In this document: positions 9,994-18,211 of the stretch, one piece after another
Layout of the letters: the number at the start of each line of letters is the position of its first letter
How positions within the stretch are numbered: position 1 is the stretch's first letter
From: Nitrospinota bacterium
GTDB taxonomy: Bacteria > Nitrospinota > Nitrospinia > Nitrospinales > VA-1
DNA length: 35,259 nt
Direction: 5' to 3'
Assembly: GCA_038108555.1 (NCBI GenBank)
Contig: JAYNIA010000025.1
Location: 1 to 35,259 of the forward strand
Notes under the pieces: model-generated
Database searches by the model: none
Seen by the model: only the letters and a program-made list of their open reading frames with translations
Told to the model about the DNA's origin: nothing
Program-made: the position numbers and the translations under genes

Positions 9994-10698
9994 ATGGAAA
10001 AAAAATTAATTAGATTGGACCGGGTCTCCAAAGTGTTCAAAGTTGGGGAAGATAATTTCACCGCTTTGCATGATGTCAGTCTTGAAATAGAAAGCGGTTC
10101 CTTTATGTCCTTTGTAGGTCCCTCCGGATCAGGAAAAACCACATTGTTAAATCTCATAGGAGGTCTAGACGTTCCCACTCGTGGAAATATATTTTTTAAA
10201 GAATCAGGATTGTCTTCAATGAGTCGACAGCAAATGGCCCAATACCGAAGGGAAAATATTGGGTTCATTTTTCAGACTTATAACCTGTTGCCTGTTTATT
10301 CTGTATATGAAAATGTTCTTTTTCCTCTCTTATTGAATGGCTTGAAGGAAAAAGAGGTGCGGGACAGGGTTATGGACATTGTTGCCAAAGTGGGACTCAG
10401 TGATCAGTACAAAAAACGGCCTTCGCAACTCTCGGGGGGGCAATGTCAACGGGTCGCAATTGCGAGAGCTTTGGTTAAAGATCCTCCATTGATTCTAGCC
10501 GATGAACCGACCGCAAATCTTGATACTGAAAATTCTTTGCAGATACTCGAGTTGATGCGTGATCTGAACAGGCAATTCAAGGCGGCGGTGGTGTTTTCAA
10601 CCCATGATGAAAAAGTCACACGCTATGTGCGCCGTGAAGTTAATTTGGAAGATGGACGAATTCTGTCAGACAAGAATCATTTAAATGGTGATTCCTAA
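9994..10698 (+). CDS. ABC transporter ATP-binding protein, LolD/MacB-type
   Basis: Walker A GPSGSGKTT, GFIFQTYNL, LSGGQCQRVAIARAL, ADEPTANLD, STHD. Confidence 0.95.
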   Translation: MEKKLIRLDRVSKVFKVGEDNFTALHDVSLEIESGSFMSFVGPSGSGKTTLLNLIGGLDVPTRGNIFFKESGLSSMSRQQMAQYRRENIGFIFQTYNLLPVYSVYENVLFPLLLNGLKEKEVRDRVMDIVAKVGLSDQYKKRPSQLSGGQCQRVAIARALVKDPPLILADEPTANLDTENSLQILELMRDLNRQFKAAVVFSTHDEKVTRYVRREVNLEDGRILSDKNHLNGDS

Positions 10699-10700
10699 AA

Positions 10701-11870
10701 ATGAATTGGGATATCGCGCGAAAAAATTTTTATAGACAGGGGTTGCGGGCATTCCTTAATGTCCTGGTTACGGCTTTGTCTATCATTGCTTTGATCTTCA
10801 TGCTTTCCCTGTTGAATGGATTCCAGGCGCAGTCCACCCGAAACCTGGTAACAACGGATATCGGGGGAGGGCATTATCGGTCTCCGGGCTTTGATATCCT
10901 GGCTCCCACTGAGTGGGAGGACCATACATTAATCGTTCCCGATCAGCTTATGCATTTATCCGATCAGGAGAAAGCCGAGGTTTTAGTTCAACAGGGGCAG
11001 CTTTATCCTAACCGGCGACTTTATCCCGTTCAAATTCGCGGAATATCCATGGAACAAATGCTTTTACAGTTGCCATTGGACAATTTAAAAAAATTCAGGA
11101 AAGAAATAGATGATGTGATTCCCGCTGTGGTGGGAGTCAAAATGGCAAGGAAAGCCCATTTGAAAAAGGGAGACACTCTGACTCTTAAGTGGAGAGATAA
11201 ATCGGGTGCTGTTGATGCCAGAGATATTTTTATTGTTGATGTTGGAGATATGATCAACCCAAGAATAGACGATGGTGTGGTTTGGTTGCGACTGGACCAT
11301 TTAAGGTCTATGACAGATCGAAAAAATGAAGTGAGCTGGGTAGCTGTAAAAAACTATGTCGGTCCGATTAATGAATTTGATTTCCAACCGGTAGAAAACC
11401 TTATGGCGGACCTTCTTGCACTTTTGAGTCAGGATAGAAGGAATTCTAAAATCCTTTGGTCGATTTTGATGATATTGGTTTGCACCAGCGTATTTAACAC
11501 ACAGGTTTTGAATATTTTTAAGCGACAAAAAGAAATTGGCACCTTAATGGCTTTGGGGATGGATTCCAACAGAATTGTTCGGATATTCACTTTAGAGGGA
11601 GCGCTTGCGGCTATTTGGGCTTTGCTGGTGGCATTTATTTTAGGGGTTCCATTTTTTATCTGGTACCAGGGCGTGGGCTTTGATGTGACCCATTTGAGTG
11701 AGGCCAGTTTTCCGGTTCGTGAAACTATTTTCCCGGATTACCAACCCCTGGAAATCTTTTATTCGTTGACCATTGTGTTTGTTTTAGTGGTATTAGCCGC
11801 CTGGTTGCCGGTAAGAAAGATCACCCGCCTGGATCCGACTTTGGCATTACGAGGAAGGGCTATTAAATGA
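10701..11870 (+). CDS. ABC transporter permease, FtsX/LolC-E-like
   Basis: One TM, large periplasmic domain, three TMs; RQKEIGTLMALG and C-terminal LDPTLALR. Confidence 0.88.
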   Translation: MNWDIARKNFYRQGLRAFLNVLVTALSIIALIFMLSLLNGFQAQSTRNLVTTDIGGGHYRSPGFDILAPTEWEDHTLIVPDQLMHLSDQEKAEVLVQQGQLYPNRRLYPVQIRGISMEQMLLQLPLDNLKKFRKEIDDVIPAVVGVKMARKAHLKKGDTLTLKWRDKSGAVDARDIFIVDVGDMINPRIDDGVVWLRLDHLRSMTDRKNEVSWVAVKNYVGPINEFDFQPVENLMADLLALLSQDRRNSKILWSILMILVCTSVFNTQVLNIFKRQKEIGTLMALGMDSNRIVRIFTLEGALAAIWALLVAFILGVPFFIWYQGVGFDVTHLSEASFPVRETIFPDYQPLEIFYSLTIVFVLVVLAAWLPVRKITRLDPTLALRGRAIK

Positions 11871-13168
11871 TCGGATTTTTATTTAATGGAATATTACGTG
11901 ATAAATCGCGCTTCCTGTTTCCCTTTCTTATTGTGACCATTGGTGTCTCTCTGGTCATTTCCCTGGTGGGTTTTATGGAAGGGACCATGATGGGAATGAT
12001 TGACATGACAGCGAATCTTGATACCGGACATTTGCGTTTGGTGAATAGACCTTTTTACGATGAAGAGCACCTACGGCCATTAGACAGGTCACTTTCGGCT
12101 CAGAAAGAAACCCGTGAATGGCTTTCGAAAAATTCTCCCAAGGATGTTCAATGGTATCCCCGTATTCGCTGGGGTGCGATATTGGATGTTCCTGATAAAA
12201 ACGGAGACACCATCTCTCAAACTCCCATCGTGGGAATGGCTCTGGAGTTAAAGAATAAAAGTTCTCTGGAGCTGGAACAATTAGGGTTGGAAAAGTCCCT
12301 CGTGGCTGGAAAGATGCCCGAACTCCCAAATGAAATGTTGATGGGAGATCAACTGGCCGAAATATTGGAAGTTAAATTGGGGCAGGTGGTCACCTTGATT
12401 GGACAATCTTTCGATGGAGGACTTGTTACAGACAATTATAAGGTTGTAGGCTTGGTAAAGTTTGGGGTTTCGGCTATGGATAAAAAGATGGTCCTGATTG
12501 ATCTTGCGGATGCTCAAAACAGCTTTTATATGGAGGATTTGGTTACGGATTGGCTGGGATTCATGCCGGTGCGATATTCTTTAATGGATTATGAAAAGGT
12601 TAAATCCGATATGGAGCCTCCTTTGTCCCAGTGGATGAATACGCCTCCAAAAAGCTGGGCAAAAGATGACCAACCGATAATATTAACGATTCGAGACCAG
12701 CAAAATATCGGAAGCATGACGGATAAATTTAATATCATTAAACAGTTCGTAGTCGGAATTTTTACTTTCCTGATGATTTTGGTTCTTTGGAATGCAGGAA
12801 TTTTAAGTGGAATTCACAGATACGGGGAAATGGGTTTGCGTCTCGCTTTTGGTGAACCTCATTGGAAGGTGGTGTTCAACCTGGGCATAGAGGGATTTTT
12901 TATAGGGGTTCTGGGAACCCTGGCCGGATGTATTTTGGGAGGGTCCTTCGCCTGGTATTTGCAGGAGGTGGGTATCAATATGGGAGACAGCTTTGCCCAG
13001 TCCGGTTTAATGATTAATGACATAGTTCGGGCAAGGCTCACCACAGGTGCTTTTATTCAGGGAATAGTACCGGGACTGTTTGCGAGTGTGGCGGGAAATC
13101 TGGTTGCAAGCATGGCCATTTTTAAAAGATCTGAAGCTAATTTGTTTCGGGAATTGGAGGCAGGGTGA
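11867..13168 (+). CDS. ABC transporter permease, FtsX/LolC-E-like (second subunit)
   Basis: Same topology; RYGEMGLRLAFG; ATGA overlap with the previous gene. Confidence 0.88.
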   Translation: MIGFLFNGILRDKSRFLFPFLIVTIGVSLVISLVGFMEGTMMGMIDMTANLDTGHLRLVNRPFYDEEHLRPLDRSLSAQKETREWLSKNSPKDVQWYPRIRWGAILDVPDKNGDTISQTPIVGMALELKNKSSLELEQLGLEKSLVAGKMPELPNEMLMGDQLAEILEVKLGQVVTLIGQSFDGGLVTDNYKVVGLVKFGVSAMDKKMVLIDLADAQNSFYMEDLVTDWLGFMPVRYSLMDYEKVKSDMEPPLSQWMNTPPKSWAKDDQPIILTIRDQQNIGSMTDKFNIIKQFVVGIFTFLMILVLWNAGILSGIHRYGEMGLRLAFGEPHWKVVFNLGIEGFFIGVLGTLAGCILGGSFAWYLQEVGINMGDSFAQSGLMINDIVRARLTTGAFIQGIVPGLFASVAGNLVASMAIFKRSEANLFRELEAG

Positions 13169-13932
13169 AAACCAAAACAATTAAAAGGTCATTGCTAACC
13201 ATTTTAATATTCGCCGGTATTTTAACTAATACGATTTCGGTTTGGGCTGAGGATTTAGATCCACAAAAACTGTTGGAAGAAGTTGATGCGAATTTATGGG
13301 CCGATACCAAATTTATTTCCGGTCGTTTGATTATCGATAATGGAAGAAAGGTCCGAACTCTTACGCAAGACTCATGGATGGAAGGGGTGAAGCGTTCTTA
13401 TAGCCATTACAAATCCCCTCCAAGGGAAAAGGGCACCAAGATGCTCAAGATTGGTGGAAAACTGTGGATGTACACTCCAAGAACCGATCGAAAAATTCTC
13501 ATTGCGGGACACTTGTTGAGACAATCCATGATGGGAAGTGATTTGTCTTACGAAGATATGATGGAAGACCATAAACTCAGCCGTGCCTATACTGCGACTC
13601 TGGAGGGCTATGTAGAGTTTGAAGGTGTTCGTACAGCGGTTTTGCATTTGGTTGCTCATGATAAAAAAACCACCTACCAAACGCGAAAGGCCTGGATAAA
13701 CCCTGAAAATAAAACGGTATTAAAAGAAGAACGCTTTGCAAAAAGTGGAAAAATATTGAAACGAATAATTTTCAGGGACTATGAAGAAATAGGTGACCGT
13801 ATGTTTCCACGTACGATGATTTTCAGGGACCTTTTGAAAGAAAATACCAAGACCACCTACAAATTCGATGTCATCAAGTTTGACGTTAAAATTCCCGCCC
13901 GTTATTTTTCCCAAAGTATTTTAAAGCGTTAA
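13165..13932 (+). CDS. LolA-like outer-membrane lipoprotein-sorting protein
   Basis: Signal peptide; SPPREKGTKML, LWMYTPRTDR, SMMGSDLSYEDM motifs characteristic of the family; GTGA overlap. Confidence 0.88.
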   Translation: MKTKTIKRSLLTILIFAGILTNTISVWAEDLDPQKLLEEVDANLWADTKFISGRLIIDNGRKVRTLTQDSWMEGVKRSYSHYKSPPREKGTKMLKIGGKLWMYTPRTDRKILIAGHLLRQSMMGSDLSYEDMMEDHKLSRAYTATLEGYVEFEGVRTAVLHLVAHDKKTTYQTRKAWINPENKTVLKEERFAKSGKILKRIIFRDYEEIGDRMFPRTMIFRDLLKENTKTTYKFDVIKFDVKIPARYFSQSILKR

Positions 13933-13943
13933 TTTTTATTGAA

Positions 13944-13969
13944 AAATACCTTAAACACTTAAGGTATTT
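13944..13969. repeat. Perfect 11-bp inverted repeat with 4-nt loop (possible terminator hairpin or operator)
   Basis: AAATACCTTAA-acac-TTAAGGTATTT, starting 12 nt after the LolA-like stop and overlapping a TTGACA -35. Confidence 0.6.
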
Positions 13970-13996
13970 GACAATGCTCTTTAAGGAAATTACACT
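13968..13996 (+). promoter_or_regulatory. Sigma70-type promoter for the 60-aa ORF
   Basis: TTGACA (13968-13973), 17-nt spacer, TACACT (13991-13996); AAGGA RBS upstream of ATG 14036. Confidence 0.7.
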
Positions 13997-14035
13997 TAAT
14001 TTTTGCAAATCATTGACTTTAAAAAGGACTGAAAA

Positions 14036-14218
14036 ATGAAAATCAAAAAGAAACCTGTGGATACAGTTGTGAAACAATTGCAGAGCAAGCGTTATCATGT
14101 GAAGGTGCAAGATAACAAAAAAGCTTACAATCGCGGAAACGCCAAAAAGGAATTCAGGACTGCCTTGGATGATGCTTCGAGGAAAGAAGCAGATCGAACT
14201 TTACCCATTGCAGCCTGA
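14036..14218 (+). CDS. Small basic protein, candidate ArfA-like alternative ribosome-rescue factor
   Basis: Own promoter and RBS; Lys/Arg-rich; L-x4-Y-x2-K-V-x2-NKK-x-Y-x-R pattern; C-terminus PIAA. The gene call is more certain than the function. Confidence 0.6.
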   Translation: MKIKKKPVDTVVKQLQSKRYHVKVQDNKKAYNRGNAKKEFRTALDDASRKEADRTLPIAA

Positions 14219-14242
14219 ACTTCCCTTCCTCTTCTTTCCTTT

Positions 14243-14782
14243 CTATCTTTTCTTTATAGCTTCAATATACTGAATCACATCATCCAGACCCGTTGCTGTT
14301 TTAGCTAATCCTTTGAAGTTTTCCCATTCCCCGTTCGAATTAAAAACGATAATCGGCTTTTTATATTCCAGAGCCAGTTCGATTTCGGATTGTGTCCCAA
14401 GTCCGCCAGGCAGAGCCACAATTAAGTCTGCGCTGAGGATGATGATGTGGTTGCGGCTTGAAGTCAACTTTCCTCTTTTACCGGAATCCGATAGATGGGT
14501 GCGAATGGTTATTTCAGTAAACAAATTGGGATAATTAGGGGGAGATTTATATTCAGCTCGATCTGCTTCAGTTTCGCAGGAGTGCGAAGAGGGTAGAATG
14601 CCTATGACTTTTCCTTTTCTGTTTGGGGTGTCATAAAATGCTTGCGCAGTTTGTTCCATCACTCCACCACCGCCACCATTGATCAGATGAAATTCGTTTT
14701 CCGCCAGCCATTTTCCCAGTGGTTGTGACAATTCGAAGTGTGGTTCCGTTCCCGAGCCAATGACGGCGACGATTTTATTCAT
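14243..14782 (-). CDS. LOG/SLOG-family Rossmann nucleotide-binding protein
   Basis: VAVIGSG, NGGGGGVME, SRN, PGGLGTQSE (PGGxGTxxE). Confidence 0.88.
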   Translation of the reverse strand: MNKIVAVIGSGTEPHFELSQPLGKWLAENEFHLINGGGGGVMEQTAQAFYDTPNRKGKVIGILPSSHSCETEADRAEYKSPPNYPNLFTEITIRTHLSDSGKRGKLTSSRNHIIILSADLIVALPGGLGTQSEIELALEYKKPIIVFNSNGEWENFKGLAKTATGLDDVIQYIEAIKKR

Positions 14783-15743
14783 CTTTTAATCCGATAAAAG
14801 CCAGGGTGTGCATAAGGTCAATGAGGTGGGACTCAGAGTTTCCAAATGCGGTTTGCATATCTTCCGTTTTCAGGCTCACTTCATTTCCTCTTTTTATCAG
14901 GAAAAAAATGAGGGATGCGGTTTTGCTGACGCGTTCTTCAAGGACATCATCAGAAACCATTTTTTGGGTCCCGGGATGAAAAATATTTAAAAAGATCGTA
15001 TAGCTTTTTTCATGCTGGCTTTGAAATTCTTTGGTTCTGAGATCCCCGGTTTTTGCAGAAGATTTCCAATGGATCGAACTTAAGGAGTCACCTGGACGAA
15101 ATTCGCGAATGGCATAAATTTCTTCTCCTTTTGCTGGTAATATCTCCTCTCCGGTTTGATCCGTTTCATTTTTTTGTGGTAACTGTACCGGATGCAGAGC
15201 TGGAAAAATTACTAGATCCATATTCATTGGAATGGCTTTTGTTTTGTAATAAAAACCGAAGGGAAAGCTGGTTGTCAGAAGGGCAGATTTGATTCGCAGT
15301 CTGCCTCTCTTTTTGCCGGTAAAAAGAGCCGATTTATCCAAGGTTGATTTTGGGGGAACCATGAAAAAATAGGGTGGAGTGTTCAGGGAATAGTTTTTGC
15401 TGTCTGGAAAAAGGATTCGTATGGAATAGGATGGGGCCCACTTTTTTTTGTTTGTAACCTCAAAATGTAATGTTCCGGTTTCATTACAATATAAATGCGG
15501 TGGAGCTTTGCAGATTGCAAAAAGGCTTTTAAAGCTCAACTCAGAAAGAACTCCCGAAACCGCAATGAAACTGCAACACATGGCCAGAATCAGGTAAAGA
15601 AGGTTATTCCCAGTGTTGATGGCTCCGATTCCGATTCCAAATAAAATGACGATGAACCCGAATCCCTCCCGGGTTAATTGTAGAGTCCGATTATGTAAAG
15701 ACAGTGTGAAATTGGAATTTGCTTTGGAGTATACAAAACCCAT
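14775..15743 (-). CDS. DUF58-family protein with N-terminal TM hairpin
   Basis: ATG at 15743 with GAGGGA RBS just after the moxR stop; AINTGNNLLYL, FPFGF, IREFRPGDSLSSIHWKSSAK. Confidence 0.88.
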   Translation of the reverse strand: MGFVYSKANSNFTLSLHNRTLQLTREGFGFIVILFGIGIGAINTGNNLLYLILAMCCSFIAVSGVLSELSFKSLFAICKAPPHLYCNETGTLHFEVTNKKKWAPSYSIRILFPDSKNYSLNTPPYFFMVPPKSTLDKSALFTGKKRGRLRIKSALLTTSFPFGFYYKTKAIPMNMDLVIFPALHPVQLPQKNETDQTGEEILPAKGEEIYAIREFRPGDSLSSIHWKSSAKTGDLRTKEFQSQHEKSYTIFLNIFHPGTQKMVSDDVLEERVSKTASLIFFLIKRGNEVSLKTEDMQTAFGNSESHLIDLMHTLAFIGLKDE

Positions 15744-15750
15744 GGTTCCC

Positions 15751-16683
15751 TCAAACCGGGACAGCGAGTTGCTCAATAATTTTTTCGATGATGGTGGCTG
15801 TATCTGCAAAAAGCCTTTTCTGGGAGTGGGTGTTGGATTGGGGGATGACTCGATGGCAGAGGACAGGAACGGCCAGGCTTTTAACATCATCGGGAATGCA
15901 ATAGTTTCTCCCCTGCACCAGTGCCCTTGCCCGGGCGGCCTGCTGGAATATCAGTCCTCCACGCGGACTTACCCCAAGCGCTAAATGTGGATTCTCGCGG
16001 GTGGCGGTTATGATATTTAAAATATAATCGGTTAACAGAGGTTCCATGAGAATGGCATCGACCTCCCGTTGAAGGCTTAAGACGTCCTCTTTATTTAAAA
16101 CAGGGAAAATGTGGTCGGGTCGTTTCGTACTCAAAAGTTGACGTTCGTGTTCAAGTGATGGATAGCCCATCGAAACATAGAGCATGAAACGATCCAGTTG
16201 CGATTCGGGAAGAGGGGTGGCCCCATGACTTTCGACCTGGTTCTGTGTAGCAATCACCATGAACGGTTCATCAAGTTCATAGGTGATGTTGTCCACCGAA
16301 ATCTGCCGTTCATTCATTGCTTCAAGCAAAGCGCTTTGAGTGCGCGGGGTAGAGCGGTTGATTTCATCTGCCAGGACAATATTTGAGAACAGGGGACCTT
16401 TCTGGAAGTGGAATTTTTTTTCCGTCTGGTCATAAATTGAGACGCCGGTAATATCTGTGGGTAAAAGATCGCTTGTAAACTGGATTCGTTTGTAGTCGAG
16501 ATGCAGGGAACTTGCCAGGGAATGTGCGAGCGAACTTTTACCAACTCCGGGTACATCCTCGATCAGCAAATGCCCTCTTGCTAAAAGGGCAATGATCGCA
16601 TATTCGATGACTTCCTCTTTTCCCAAGATTATCTTGCCCATGTTTTCTTTTAGCAGGGCAATTTTTTCAGAAGAGGAGCTCAT
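15751..16683 (-). CDS. moxR: MoxR-family AAA+ ATPase
   Basis: HLLIEDVPGVGKS, RIQFTSDLLPTD, LADEINR, ATQN, LPESQLDRF, GVSPRG. Confidence 0.93.
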   Translation of the reverse strand: MSSSSEKIALLKENMGKIILGKEEVIEYAIIALLARGHLLIEDVPGVGKSSLAHSLASSLHLDYKRIQFTSDLLPTDITGVSIYDQTEKKFHFQKGPLFSNIVLADEINRSTPRTQSALLEAMNERQISVDNITYELDEPFMVIATQNQVESHGATPLPESQLDRFMLYVSMGYPSLEHERQLLSTKRPDHIFPVLNKEDVLSLQREVDAILMEPLLTDYILNIITATRENPHLALGVSPRGGLIFQQAARARALVQGRNYCIPDDVKSLAVPVLCHRVIPQSNTHSQKRLFADTATIIEKIIEQLAVPV

Positions 16684-17405
16684 TTTCCCAATTCCTTTAA
16701 AACCTTTTTCATATCGCTATGAACCGCTTTACGGTTTTCAACCGTATAGGCCCTTAAAAGGTAGGCCGGATGCAGGGTCAACATGAGTTTGAATCCTTCA
16801 TAATCATGCCATGTGCCACGTTCTTTTGTAATGGGGACGTTTCTTCCCAGCAAGGTGGACGCTGCAGGTTTTCCCAGTGCCACAACCACTTTTGGCTGAA
16901 TGGCTTTTAGTTGTTTTAGAAGGAAAGGGTTGCAGGCCTCAATTTCTTCTTTTTCGGGGTCGCGGTTGCCGGGGGGACGGCATTTAACAATATTGCAAAT
17001 ATAGGTATCTTTTTCGCGGTCCAGATTCATTCCCTTTTCAATTATTTCCGTCAGTTTTTTCCCTGCCCGGCCTACGAAGGGGAGACCTTGTTCGTCCTCG
17101 TCCGCTCCCGGACCCTCCCCTACAAAAACCAGATCCGCCTGTGGGTTTCCCGATCCAAATACAATATTCTTTCTTCCATTGGAAAGTTTGCAGCGGGTGC
17201 AATCGCCAAGCTCTTCACTCACTTGGGCCAATAAATTGGCCTTTGTATTTTTTGGCATGGATTTAACCGGATTGGGGTTGGCTCTTGGAACAGGATTGGC
17301 AATTAATTCAGATTCGCAGGGGATCTCCGAGTACCCCGCATCCTTTAAAAACAACAGGTGATTCTTTAATTCCCTTAATAAACTGTTGCGATCAGGAGTT
17401 TGCAT
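16680..17405 (-). CDS. udg: Uracil-DNA glycosylase family 4 (Fe-S)
   Basis: CTRC, VGEGPG, PFVGRAG, NIVKCRPPGNR, LHPA. Start chosen at ATG 17405; the track gives 17438. Confidence 0.92.
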   Translation of the reverse strand: MQTPDRNSLLRELKNHLLFLKDAGYSEIPCESELIANPVPRANPNPVKSMPKNTKANLLAQVSEELGDCTRCKLSNGRKNIVFGSGNPQADLVFVGEGPGADEDEQGLPFVGRAGKKLTEIIEKGMNLDREKDTYICNIVKCRPPGNRDPEKEEIEACNPFLLKQLKAIQPKVVVALGKPAASTLLGRNVPITKERGTWHDYEGFKLMLTLHPAYLLRAYTVENRKAVHSDMKKVLKELGK

Positions 17406-17656
17406 AACAAAGTCAAGAGTAACAAATGGATAATGCAAATCAAAGAGTTAATCGTATTTTCGTCATGCATAATCTGAAAAAAACTTAATTATTTTAAAAT
17501 TTAAGAAGCAAAAGTTAAAGTTGTAAATTATCCTGGGATTTTTTTGAATAAGCCTTTTGTAGGAATACTCCTGCCTATCTCATTGTAAAAACAGTTGATA
17601 TTTCCTTTAAAAGGAGTATAAAAGGGTTAAATGTGCGGGTAAAATTTAAGATCTAT

Positions 17657-18091
17657 ATGAATAGAGTAATCAAAATTTCGATCTTGCAAACGGTGATGAT
17701 ACTGGCATCTGTTTTCCTTTTTATTGGGATTGCTCAAGCCGGTTCGGGCCATCATTCCCATCATCAGATGGAGGTTGTTTCTCCATTCGATAAGGTGAGT
17801 GCCGATAAACCGCTGCACTGTCTTCTTAATTCTCATTTACATAAAGTCAACCAAGACTGCCCGCATAAATTACAACATTCAAAAAACAGCCTATCGACAG
17901 AGCTTCGTGCCGACTGTGGTCCCAGTATTCCAAACTCAAATGGTGTTTCATTTGGTGGGGTCGACTTCCCCCAAAATAGTGACACAGATGAGTTTGAGCA
18001 TAAGCTTATAAGCAAAAGAATAACTCCTCTGTTGAGCGAAAAACTCCTTTCTTTACCAGATTCCTTCGAACATCCCCCGCAACTCTCTTAA
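17657..18091 (+). CDS. Secreted His/Cys-rich protein with C-terminal HPP; candidate CutF/CruR-like leader peptide
   Basis: Signal peptide ending AQA, then GSGHHSHHQM, LHC, DCPH; low-complexity tail ending FEHPPQLS; first gene of the operon. Confidence 0.65.
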   Translation: MNRVIKISILQTVMILASVFLFIGIAQAGSGHHSHHQMEVVSPFDKVSADKPLHCLLNSHLHKVNQDCPHKLQHSKNSLSTELRADCGPSIPNSNGVSFGGVDFPQNSDTDEFEHKLISKRITPLLSEKLLSLPDSFEHPPQLS

Positions 18092-18100
18092 CATTTTTAA

Positions 18101-18162
18101 ATTGGTTTAAAGGTCGAATTGCGTCCTGCTTCATTGCAGCGTGAGCTTTGCCTTATTCCAAT
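18101..18162 (+). other. Imperfect intergenic stem-loop
   Basis: Nested pairings ATTGG/CCAAT, AAGG/CCTT, CTGC/GCAG. Confidence 0.45.
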
Positions 18163-18211
18163 TTCCGTAACCTGTTTCACAATTTTTTCAATTTAAATTT
18201 TAGGGGTAAAA

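Noticed and set aside
14000..14245. tmRNA gene suggested by the tag-like ...LPIAA-stop
   Set aside because: No tRNA-Ala-like 5' end, T-arm or CCA acceptor stem is visible, and the frame has its own ATG and RBS.
15744..15890. N-terminal extension of the DUF58 ORF in the track
   Set aside because: It overlaps moxR by 140 bp; a better ATG with RBS sits at 15743.
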